A program made the translations under genes and the position numbers. A stretch of DNA of 64,000 nt from an uncultured Chroococcidiopsis sp. (lineage in GTDB: Bacteria > Cyanobacteriota > Cyanobacteriia > Cyanobacteriales > Chroococcidiopsidaceae): contig CAXTYC010000003.1 of the NCBI GenBank assembly GCA_964248365.1, positions 1-64,000 of the forward strand, in the 5' to 3' direction. Below, piece by piece: positions 30,294 to 39,353 of the stretch; positions within the stretch are counted from its first letter, which is position 1, and every line of letters begins with the position of its first letter. The notes beneath the pieces were generated by a model. The model had not been told where the DNA came from, did not search any database, and saw only the letters and a list, made by a program, of their open reading frames with translations.

Positions 30294-30320
30294 TACTGTA
30301 ATCCCATCGATATACTGGAA
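30294..30320 (+). promoter_or_regulatory. Candidate sulfur-regulon (CysR) operator upstream of cysA
   Basis: 27-nt motif aligns with two copies upstream of cysR; 12 of 27 positions invariant. Confidence 0.45.
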
Positions 30321-30325
30321 ATTAA

Positions 30326-30505
30326 AAGGGTAAAGGTTGAAGGAGAAAGGTTGAAGGTTGAAGGATAAAGGATAAAGGTTGAAATTTCATACTACCCTTC
30401 GGGAACGCTTTGCGTACACACTTCACACTTCACACTTCTAATTTCATACTTCACACTTCACACTTCTAATTTCACACTTCACCCTTAACACTTCACACTT
30501 CACGC
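30326..30505. repeat. AAGGTTG/AAGGATA and TTCACAC heptamer arrays
   Basis: Read directly from the sequence. Confidence 0.8.
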
Positions 30506-30525
30506 TTTATGGAAGGGGTCTTGCC

Positions 30526-31542
30526 GTGGGCATTGTCGTAGAGAACGTATCCAAGCAATTTGGCAGTTTCAGAGCCGTCGAAGAAGTGAGTCTAAAAATC
30601 GAAAGCGGCTCACTGGTAGCTTTGTTGGGACCATCTGGTTCTGGTAAGTCCACCCTACTGCGGCTAATTGCTGGGTTGGAGATGCCAGATAGCGGCAAAA
30701 TTTGGCTAACTGGTAAAGATGCTACTAATAAAAGTGTGCAAGATCGTAATATTGGCTTTGTGTTTCAGCACTATGCTTTATTCAAGCACTTAACTGTACG
30801 GAAAAATATTGCTTTTGGTTTGGAAATTCATAAAGTACCAAAGGCGAAAGTCAAGGCACGGGTAGAAGAGTTGCTGGATTTAGTGCAACTTTCGGGACTA
30901 GGCGATCGCTATCCCTCCCAACTTTCTGGCGGACAACGGCAACGGGTAGCCTTAGCCAGGGCGCTTGCCGTTCAACCCCAGGTTTTGCTACTCGATGAAC
31001 CCTTCGGCGCATTAGATGCCAAAGTTAGGAAAGACTTACGGGCATGGTTACGCCGCCTCCATGATGAAGTTCATGTTACCACAGTATTTGTCACCCACGA
31101 CCAAGAAGAAGCGATGGAAGTTGCCGATGAAATCGTCGTGATGAATAAAGGCAAAGTCGAACAGGTAGGAACCCCAGCCGAAATTTATGACCATCCCGCT
31201 AGTGCCTTTGTGATGAGCTTCATTGGTCCAGTGAATGTTTTACCCAGCAGTTCTAAGATATTCCAGAGCAATGGGTTTGATAGTGCTAACCCAGAAATGT
31301 TTTTGCGTCCTCAAGATGTGATTGTAGAAACTTCTCCTAACGGTACGACTGTACCAGCTAGAGTAAGTCGGCTAATTCATCTAGGATGGGAAATTCAAGC
31401 GGAATTAAGCCTAGACGATGGACAAGTAGTGACAGCGCATCTAACACGCGATCGCTTTGACCAGTTAAAACTCGAACCAGAGCAAAAGGTTTATGTCAAA
31501 CCCAAGGATGCTAAATCTTTTCCGCTATACTATTCGATTTAG
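30526..31542 (+). CDS. cysA: Sulfate/thiosulfate ABC transporter ATP-binding protein
   Basis: [50 protein letters not shown]-like C-terminus. Confidence 0.92.
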   Translation: MGIVVENVSKQFGSFRAVEEVSLKIESGSLVALLGPSGSGKSTLLRLIAGLEMPDSGKIWLTGKDATNKSVQDRNIGFVFQHYALFKHLTVRKNIAFGLEIHKVPKAKVKARVEELLDLVQLSGLGDRYPSQLSGGQRQRVALARALAVQPQVLLLDEPFGALDAKVRKDLRAWLRRLHDEVHVTTVFVTHDQEEAMEVADEIVVMNKGKVEQVGTPAEIYDHPASAFVMSFIGPVNVLPSSSKIFQSNGFDSANPEMFLRPQDVIVETSPNGTTVPARVSRLIHLGWEIQAELSLDDGQVVTAHLTRDRFDQLKLEPEQKVYVKPKDAKSFPLYYSI

Positions 31543-31619
31543 CTATGAGCGGTTAGCAGTTAGCAGTTAGCTATCAGCTTTAACCCAGATAGCTGATAAG
31601 TTAACCCAATCGAAAAAAC

Positions 31620-33257
31620 ATGAAAGATTTTAGACGCTGGTCGTCAATTGGCAAATTCTTGGGTTTATTTTGTCTGTGTTGCCTAATGGTTATTAGCTGT
31701 AACCGTCCAACCACACAACAAACAGCAACCACGCCCAACACTGAGGGAAATAATCGGATTACCGTAGGTACAACGCTCAAGCCAAGGACTATCGATCCAG
31801 CAGATAACTATGAGTTAGCAGGATCTAATGTTAATACAAGCCTTGGCGATACCCTTTATAGTTACAAGGTAGGCACGGGTGAACTAATACCTCAACTGGC
31901 TACAGCCATGCCGAAAGTTAGTCCCGATGGTCTAACTTACACTATTCCCCTACGCCAAAAAGTTGTATTTCACGACGGCACACCCTTCAACGCCGAAGCG
32001 ATGGCATTTTCCCTAAATCGCTTTATTCAAAACGGGGGTAAACCGAGTGCGCTACTATCAGATATCGTCGAATCTGTCAAAGCATCAGGGGATTATGAGA
32101 TTAGCATCAAGCTGAAAACGCCGTTTGCTGCATTTCCCTCGGTTTTGGCTTTCTCCGGTATGTGTGCCGTTTCCCCCAAAGCTTACGAAATTGGGACAGG
32201 GAAATTCCTGCCTACTAAGTTTGTGGGAACTGGTCCTTACAAATTGGTACAGTTTACGCCGAATTTGGTCAGGATGGATGTTTTTGACAAGTATTGGGGG
32301 GAAAAACCGCCAAATGGGGGCGTTGACTTTCAGATTGTCTCCAATGCCGCCAATCTTTATAATTCCTTCCGTACAGGGGCAGTGGATATTGCTTATCTTA
32401 CATTCGATCCAGAGCAAGTTGAAAGTCTAAAACAGCAAGCCGCCTCGAATGGGTGGCAAGCAATTGAAGAAAAAAGCAATACAGTTACACATTTGATCCT
32501 AAATGTCAAGCAACAGCCTTTGGATAATATAGCTGTTAGAGCTGCGATCGCATCGATGATAGATCGTCCACTTTTAACGGATCGGGTTTACAAAAAACAA
32601 GCACAACCACTCTACAGCATGATACCCGATACGTTTTCGAGTTATAAACCAGTCTTTTTAACAAGTTTTGGTGACGGTAACGTAGATAAAGCAAAAGAAC
32701 TCTTAGCAAAAGCAGGATATACCAAAGACAATCCTTTGAAACTACAGATAGCTTATCCGGCGTATTCACTCATTCGAGAGCAGATAGCCAGCACTTTAAG
32801 AGAATATGCACTACAAAAACTCGAAGGAATAATTCAGATTCAACCGCAACCAGAAGAATCAGCCACCTTCTTTGCCAACCAATCAAAAGGAATTTATCAA
32901 GCCATCTTGCAAGATTGGTATCCTGACTTCGGAGACGCTGACAACTATATTCAACCATTCTTGAGTTGTGCCAAAGGTAGTGATGCCAATGGCTGTGAGA
33001 AAGGAGCAAGTCAAAGCTTGGGATCGTATTACTATAGCGATCGCATGAACAAACTAATCTCTCAACAACGGTCTGAACAAAACCCCGCCAACCGTGAAAA
33101 AATCTTTACCCAAATCCAAGAACTCATAGCTCAAGATGTCCCTGCTGTTCCCATAGTTCAGAACAAAGACTACGCCTTTGCCCAAAAAAGTATCCAAAAC
33201 CTACAAATCGATCCAATCCTTAAATTACCTTTGTGGCAAGTTAAGAAAAGGGCTTAG
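31620..33257 (+). CDS. Peptide/nickel ABC transporter substrate-binding lipoprotein (family 5)
   Basis: Lipobox-like VISC; FHDGTPFNAEA and GTGPYKL motifs. Confidence 0.9.
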   Translation: MKDFRRWSSIGKFLGLFCLCCLMVISCNRPTTQQTATTPNTEGNNRITVGTTLKPRTIDPADNYELAGSNVNTSLGDTLYSYKVGTGELIPQLATAMPKVSPDGLTYTIPLRQKVVFHDGTPFNAEAMAFSLNRFIQNGGKPSALLSDIVESVKASGDYEISIKLKTPFAAFPSVLAFSGMCAVSPKAYEIGTGKFLPTKFVGTGPYKLVQFTPNLVRMDVFDKYWGEKPPNGGVDFQIVSNAANLYNSFRTGAVDIAYLTFDPEQVESLKQQAASNGWQAIEEKSNTVTHLILNVKQQPLDNIAVRAAIASMIDRPLLTDRVYKKQAQPLYSMIPDTFSSYKPVFLTSFGDGNVDKAKELLAKAGYTKDNPLKLQIAYPAYSLIREQIASTLREYALQKLEGIIQIQPQPEESATFFANQSKGIYQAILQDWYPDFGDADNYIQPFLSCAKGSDANGCEKGASQSLGSYYYSDRMNKLISQQRSEQNPANREKIFTQIQELIAQDVPAVPIVQNKDYAFAQKSIQNLQIDPILKLPLWQVKKRA

Positions 33258-33325
33258 GGAGAGTGGGAATCAGTGGGAATCAGGGGAGAGTGGGAATCAG
33301 GGGAGAGGGCAAGTTTAACTCTATC

Positions 33326-33698
33326 TCACTGATGGAAGTAACCAATCATGTTTACTAGTGTGCCTATTATTTGGTTGTACGTTCGATATAGTTCTCTACC
33401 TACCTCAACATCTAAATAGTTGCATTTAACAGCAAATTCCACCCAAGTCTGTGTTTCTGCCGCTTCTGCTTCACAATCACTCAACGAATGCTACAAAAGC
33501 TCCTTCATACCGACGCTTTCGCCATGCTTCAGCCAAATTTGCACAAACAGAACGCGAAGATATACGCATCTGATCGGTCAATGAATACCGCTCGTCAACA
33601 GGAAACTGCTTGGATAGCTCAAAAATCTGCATGGCAGAATCAAATGCCAATCGCTACACCTCCAAATCACGGTGACATTGAATTTGCTGGCGACTCAT
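33326..33698 (-). pseudogene. Four-helix-bundle (23S rRNA IVS / S23-like) protein pseudogene
   Basis: Manual translation: MSRQQIQCHRDLEV*RLAFDSAMQIFELSKQFPVDERYSLTDQMRISSRSVCANLAEAWRKRRYEGAFVA, then a frameshift, then LSDCEAEAAETQTWVEFAVKCNYL. Confidence 0.85.
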
Positions 33699-33781
33699 TT
33701 CAATTATTTAATCCAACACTTCTATTGTCCCACTCTCCCCCTCTCCCCTGATTCCCCCTCTCCCCCTCCCCCATCACTCAT

Positions 33782-34807
33782 ATGTCCCGCTCAAAATCCC
33801 TGCAATACTACATCCTCGCTCGTCTGCTGTTAGCACCACTGATGCTATTGACAATCGTCACCCTCGTGTTTTTGCTGCTACGGGCGACTCCAGGCGATCC
33901 CGTAGATGCTGTATTAGGTGGTCGCGCCCCTGATAGCGTTAAGCAAGAGTACCGAGAAAGATTAGGGCTATTAGATCCGTTGCCAATACAGTACATTCGT
34001 TATCTGGGAAGCTTACTGCGGCTTGACTTAGGATCTTCTATCACAAGCCAGGGTGAAGCCGTTTGGGATGTGATTGGGCAATATTTCCCAGCGACAGTCG
34101 AATTAGCAGTGTTTAGTATGGCGATCGCTCTATTTGTAGGTATCGGTGTGGGAATGCTTTCTGCTTCTCGCCCTAACTCCTGGCTAGATGTAGCAGGACG
34201 GCTATTTGGCATTATTACTTACGCCCTACCGTTGTTCTGGGTGGGGATGCTGGTACAATTGATCTTTGCTGTCCAGTTGCGGTTGTTTCCCATCGGTACA
34301 CGCTTTCCCACCTCCCTACCTGTACCACAAGGACCAACGGGACTATACACAGTCGATAGCCTTTTGAGTGGGAACTTAGCGCAGTTTTTTACAGCTTTGT
34401 ACTATTTATTTCTTCCTAGCCTGACGCTGGGAGTGCTGCTGAGTGGGATTTTTGAGCGAATTGTCCGTGTTAATCTCAGGCAAACTCTGCGATCTGATTA
34501 TGTCGAAGCAGCCCGTGCTAGAGGTATACCAGAAAGGCGGATTCTGTTTAACCACGCCCTGAAAAATGCCTTGATTCCAGTAATTACGATTTTGGGTTTG
34601 ACCTTTGCTTCCTTGCTAGGTGGAGCGATTTTGACTGAGGTAACATTTTCTTGGCCTGGGTTAGCAAATCGGCTATATGAAGCAATTTCGTTACGAGATT
34701 ACCCAACAGTGCAAGGAATCTTAATATTTTTTGGCGCGATCGTCGTGTTTGCCAGTATTATTATTGACATTCTCAATGCCTACATCGATCCGAGAATTCG
34801 GTATTAG
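33782..34807 (+). CDS. Peptide/nickel ABC transporter permease (DppB-like)
   Basis: PGDP, DYVEAARARG, HALKNALIPVIT, EVTFSWPG and RDYPTVQG motifs. Confidence 0.92.
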   Translation: MSRSKSLQYYILARLLLAPLMLLTIVTLVFLLLRATPGDPVDAVLGGRAPDSVKQEYRERLGLLDPLPIQYIRYLGSLLRLDLGSSITSQGEAVWDVIGQYFPATVELAVFSMAIALFVGIGVGMLSASRPNSWLDVAGRLFGIITYALPLFWVGMLVQLIFAVQLRLFPIGTRFPTSLPVPQGPTGLYTVDSLLSGNLAQFFTALYYLFLPSLTLGVLLSGIFERIVRVNLRQTLRSDYVEAARARGIPERRILFNHALKNALIPVITILGLTFASLLGGAILTEVTFSWPGLANRLYEAISLRDYPTVQGILIFFGAIVVFASIIIDILNAYIDPRIRY

Positions 34808-34910
34808 CTATCAGCTATTAGCTTTTAGCAACAGAAATGCAAATGCAAAAGTTATCATACATACGGATATTCACAAAGCTAACCGTGTTCTCGCAACCGC
34901 TAATTGCTAA

Positions 34911-36332
34911 TTGATAAGTAAATTACAGCCTAGAAAAGAAAAAACAAAACGGCATCCGAACCTTTGGATTGAACGAGTAATGGCGCTCGTAGCCACTGTA
35001 AACTTAGGTTTGGTGCTGTTTGACTTGAGTTATGTTCCCTGGCGCAATTTCTATCTGAAATATTTTCCCTCCCTTACCCACGTATACGATCCAGTTAAGG
35101 GTATTGAACCTCATCGGGAAACCCAAAACTATTTAAACACGGTTCAGGCGCTAGAGCAGCAGGTAAAGCAGACGGGTTTACAGTCGCCTCAAACAGATGC
35201 CTTGCTTGACCAACTGCGCCGTCTGAGTGCGGAAATGATTGATACTAATCCATTTGCAGCGGCAAATAAAACTGGGACGCTGGAGAAAATCAAAAACCGA
35301 ATGCGCGATCGCATTGGTCAAGAATCTTCTCGTCAAGCATTTACTGTTTTTTGGAGTCAACCGCATCTATCAAACGGCAGATATCAACAAGAAATTGAGT
35401 TTTTCAAGCAAAATATTCAGCCTTTGATGGCAACCAATTACTACCGTAAGATCGGAGAAAATGGGGAATTTATTGACAATTTCTGGCTGATTGACTTGCC
35501 GTTCACCGTTATATTTGGTTTAGATTACTTAGCTCGGATCTGGACAATCAAACGCCGCCATACCTCTTTCAGTTGGCTAGATGCAATGATATGGCGCTGG
35601 TACGACATTTTCCTGCTCCTACCTTTTTGGCGGTGGCTGCGGATTATACCCGTGCTGATTCGACTGGACGAAGCTAAATTATTACATCTATATCCGCTCA
35701 GGCAACAACTTCATCGAGGCATTGTAGCGAATTTTGCCTCGGAATTGACCGAAGTAGTATTGATTAGAGTTATTAATCAATTGCAACAGTCAATTGTGCA
35801 AGGTGAGTTAATCCGCTGGCTGTTTCAAAGTGGCAGGCGACCGTATATAGATATAAATAATATTAATGAAGTGGAAGCGATCGCCACAATACTAGTAAAT
35901 TTGATCGTCTATCAAGTACTACCCCAAATTCAGCCTGATTTAGAAGCTATCCTACGCCACAACATTGCAACCACCCTCAATCAATCCCCACTGTATCGCG
36001 GTGTACAGAATATACCAGGAATAGGAAATGTGCCTCAAGAACTGAGTGAGCAATTAGCCCACTCGATTGCCCAAAATATTTACTCTGCCATCGTCGCAGC
36101 TGTAGAAGATCCAGTAGGAGCAAAAATATCCAGTCAGCTAGTGCAACACTTTAGCGAAGCTTTGGGCGCGCAAGTGCAAAAGCAACAAACTCTAGAGCGA
36201 ATTCAAGTACTGCTTTGTGACTTTTTAGAGGAAGTCAAAATTAATTACGTAAAACGGCTGGCGCAGGAGGATGTCGAAAAAGTGCTGGAACAAACCAGAC
36301 ACTTACGCCAGCAAGCAATCAACAGAGGCTAG
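34911..36332 (+). CDS. Hypothetical membrane protein
   Basis: 473-aa ORF with TM segments and a WRWLRIIPVLIRL motif; start uncertain. Confidence 0.65.
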   Translation: MISKLQPRKEKTKRHPNLWIERVMALVATVNLGLVLFDLSYVPWRNFYLKYFPSLTHVYDPVKGIEPHRETQNYLNTVQALEQQVKQTGLQSPQTDALLDQLRRLSAEMIDTNPFAAANKTGTLEKIKNRMRDRIGQESSRQAFTVFWSQPHLSNGRYQQEIEFFKQNIQPLMATNYYRKIGENGEFIDNFWLIDLPFTVIFGLDYLARIWTIKRRHTSFSWLDAMIWRWYDIFLLLPFWRWLRIIPVLIRLDEAKLLHLYPLRQQLHRGIVANFASELTEVVLIRVINQLQQSIVQGELIRWLFQSGRRPYIDINNINEVEAIATILVNLIVYQVLPQIQPDLEAILRHNIATTLNQSPLYRGVQNIPGIGNVPQELSEQLAHSIAQNIYSAIVAAVEDPVGAKISSQLVQHFSEALGAQVQKQQTLERIQVLLCDFLEEVKINYVKRLAQEDVEKVLEQTRHLRQQAINRG

Positions 36333-36549
36333 GGACTAGGGGCTAGGGGCTAGGGAAAGGACAAGGGGAGGGGGTGACAGGGAGAGGGGGGAAGCCCAGA
36401 GTAATTATCACCTTGTCGGGTTGTCCTAACTTCACCCCTAGTCCCTAGTCCCTAGCCCCTAGTCCCTCCTGATGCGTTACACTCAAAATTAGCGGCGAAG
36501 CAAAACTGTTTCGTCTGTGGGCTTCTTGAAAAAAATAGTTTTTCTCAGG

Positions 36550-36574
36550 AAGTGGGTAACGACCCGCTTTTTTT
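36550..36574 (+). terminator. rimP-leader hairpin (terminator/attenuator-like)
   Basis: AAGTGGGT-AACG-ACCCGCTT followed by a T-run, ending 10 nt before the rimP ATG. Confidence 0.7.
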
Positions 36575-36584
36575 GTGTCTTACA

Positions 36585-37046
36585 ATGGCTCATCCTTTAA
36601 TTCCACAAATTATTGACTTGGCGACACCTGTAGCAGAAAGCCTGGGGTTGGAAATCGTTGGAGCGGTTTTTCATACTAACCAACGTCCGCCAGTTCTGCG
36701 CGTCGATATTCGCAATCCCTCTCAAGACACGGGGTTAGATGATTGTGAGCGGATGAGCCGTGCTTTAGAACCAGCTTTAGATGCAGCGGACATCATTCCC
36801 GACGCTTACGTTTTAGAGATTTCTAGTCCTGGGATATCGCGGCAGTTAATTACTGACCGAGAGTTTATCTCCTTCAAAGGATTTACCGTAGTAGTTAATA
36901 CTTCACAACCCTACGAAGGTCAGCCCCAGTGGACAGGACAGCTGATCAAACGGGATGAAAACGCAGTTTACTTAAACCAAAAAGGTCGAGCAGTTGCCAT
37001 TCCCCGCTCTCTCATCACCAGGGTGCAACTCGAAGAACGCCGCTAA
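36585..37046 (+). CDS. rimP: Ribosome maturation factor RimP
   Basis: LDDCERMSR and YVLEISSPG motifs; first gene of the rimP-nusA-ylxR-infB cluster. Confidence 0.95.
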   Translation: MAHPLIPQIIDLATPVAESLGLEIVGAVFHTNQRPPVLRVDIRNPSQDTGLDDCERMSRALEPALDAADIIPDAYVLEISSPGISRQLITDREFISFKGFTVVVNTSQPYEGQPQWTGQLIKRDENAVYLNQKGRAVAIPRSLITRVQLEERR

Positions 37047-37231
37047 CTAGGGGCTAGGGGCTAGGGGCTAGAGGAACTAGAAGAGGACAAGGGGGCAAGG
37101 GGACAAGGGGACAAGGGGACAATTACCTTTTACCTTTTCCCTTTTCCCTTTTCCCTTTTCCCCTTTCCCCTTCCTAGTCCCTAGTCCCTAGCCCCTAGTC
37201 CGTAGCCCCTAATTAATAAAGAGGTTTATTT

Positions 37232-38509
37232 ATGTCAATGGTTAGTTTGCCAGGTCTGAAAGACTTAATTGAAAATATTAGTCGTGAGCGTAATTTACCT
37301 CGTCTTGCCGTGCAATCAGCGCTCCGAGAAGCTCTAATCAAAGGTTATGAGCGTTTTCGGCGGGCGCAAAATATGGAGAAAAAGCATTTTGATGAAGAAT
37401 ACTTTGACAACTTTGAAGTCGAGCTAGACGTAGAAGAAGAAGGCTTTCGCGTCCTTGCCACCAAAAATATTGTGCAAGAAGTAACCAACTCCGACCATCA
37501 AATTTCTCTGGATGAAGTTCAGGAATTTGCAGGTGATGCAGCCCAGCTTGGTGACTCGGTAGTTGTGGATGTTACCCCAGACCAAGGGGAATTTGGTCGC
37601 ATGGCAGCAATGCAAACCAAGCAGGTACTGGCGCAAAAGCTCCGTGACCAGCAGCGGCAAATGGTTCAAGAAGAATTCCAAGATTTAGAAGGAACTGTAC
37701 TGCAAGCTAGAGTCTTGCGGTTTGAACGCCAATCAGTTATAATGGCAGTAAGTAGCGGTTTTGGTCAGCCGGAGGTAGAAGCCGAGTTACCCAAGCGGGA
37801 ACAACTGCCCAACGACAACTACCGAGCTAATGCTACTTTTAAGGTTTATCTAAAAAAAGTTTCCCAAGGTCAGCAACGCGGTCCACAATTATTAGTTTCC
37901 AGGGCTGACGCTGGTTTAGTAGTTTATCTATTCGCCAACGAAGTACCAGAAATAGAAGATGAAGTTGTGCGAATTGTTGCCGTAGCGCGGGAAGCTAATC
38001 CGCCCTCTCGTCATGTTGGTCCTCGGACTAAAATCGCAGTTGATACCTTAGATCGAGATGTAGACCCAGTGGGAGCCTGTATCGGGGCGAGAGGATCGCG
38101 CATTCAAGTAGTGGTCAACGAATTGCGCGGTGAAAAGATTGACGTGATTCGATGGTCTCCTGACCCAGCTACATATATTGCTAATGCTTTGAGTCCCGCT
38201 AGAGTTGATGAAGTGCGTTTGATGGAGCCAGAAACTCGTCAAACTCATGTATTAGTTGCTGAAGATCAGTTAAGTTTGGCAATTGGTAAAGAAGGACAAA
38301 ATGTTCGTCTAGCTGCTCGCTTGACTGGTTGGAAAATTGACATCAAAGACCGAGCCAAGTATGACTATGAAGGTGAAACGGCTAAGTTTGCAGCACTAGC
38401 AGCTCAATATCAGGCACAAGCAGCCCTTGAGGAGCAAGAACAACCGGAGGATGAAGAGGATCAAGATCAAGAGCCTCAATTCGAGGAAGTGCTTGAAGCA
38501 ACAGAATAA
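37232..38509 (+). CDS. nusA: Transcription termination/antitermination factor NusA
   Basis: [26 protein letters not shown] and [22 protein letters not shown]. Confidence 0.97.
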   Translation: MSMVSLPGLKDLIENISRERNLPRLAVQSALREALIKGYERFRRAQNMEKKHFDEEYFDNFEVELDVEEEGFRVLATKNIVQEVTNSDHQISLDEVQEFAGDAAQLGDSVVVDVTPDQGEFGRMAAMQTKQVLAQKLRDQQRQMVQEEFQDLEGTVLQARVLRFERQSVIMAVSSGFGQPEVEAELPKREQLPNDNYRANATFKVYLKKVSQGQQRGPQLLVSRADAGLVVYLFANEVPEIEDEVVRIVAVAREANPPSRHVGPRTKIAVDTLDRDVDPVGACIGARGSRIQVVVNELRGEKIDVIRWSPDPATYIANALSPARVDEVRLMEPETRQTHVLVAEDQLSLAIGKEGQNVRLAARLTGWKIDIKDRAKYDYEGETAKFAALAAQYQAQAALEEQEQPEDEEDQDQEPQFEEVLEATE

Positions 38510-38661
38510 AACGCACAGCGCGTAATTTTGAGGGGTGAGGGGTGAAGGTTGAAGGTTGAAGGATAAAGGTTGAAGGTTGAAATTTCATACTTCTAACTTC
38601 ATACTTCTAACTTCTTTTGCCCCTAGCCCCTGCGCCTTTGCCTCTAGCCCCTAAATTCTGT

Positions 38662-38934
38662 ATGAAACCTAACTATCGGCGCTGTATAAGTTGCACTCAG
38701 GTAGCATTGAAAACAGAGTTTTGGCGAATTGTCCGCATCAATTCGTCGGGACAGTTACAATTAGATCAGGGGATGGGGCGTTCTGCCTATATTTGTCCCC
38801 AAGCTAGTTGTTTGCAACTGGCTCAGAAAAAAAATCGCCTTGGGCGATCGCTGCGGGTAAAGGCAATACCAGAAACAATATATCAAACTTTATGGCAGCG
38901 CCTATCCACACCACCCAACAGCGAAGCAACATAA
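38662..38934 (+). CDS. ylxR: YlxR/DUF448 family RNA-binding protein
   Basis: RRCISC and GRSAYIC motifs; located between nusA and infB. Confidence 0.88.
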   Translation: MKPNYRRCISCTQVALKTEFWRIVRINSSGQLQLDQGMGRSAYICPQASCLQLAQKKNRLGRSLRVKAIPETIYQTLWQRLSTPPNSEAT

Positions 38935-39353
38935 ACTGTGTACTATGCCCAAGCTTCAACGCCTTAGACAACGCCATTTCATGAAGAATTTAAGAAATTT
39001 TGGCATTTAGGCAACTCTAAACGTTATCAGCAGATGATAATTACTGCTGTAATAGAGTTAGTGTCAAAATAGTAAATGGGTAAAAATAACCCCCATAACC
39101 AAGCGCGCTCATCAAAGCATTTTTCTGTAGGTTGGTGCAAGATCAAAAAAACTGGGCAAATAATCGTAATCCGGCTTATTGGGCGCCCAGACTCCAAGCG
39201 CGTGACTATTTCACTAAAAAAACATCTTTTTTTCTGATTCGGAGGTAAGACAAGCAACTATAACGGTAACTCATCATACAGAACTCGGAGGATGGAGATG
39301 TAGTAAATCAGTCAACCATCCAGTTATTGCTGGTAGGTAAAGGGGAAGAGTGG

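Noticed and set aside
33488..33751. 87-aa plus-strand ORF
   Set aside because: Shadow of the minus-strand four-helix-bundle pseudogene
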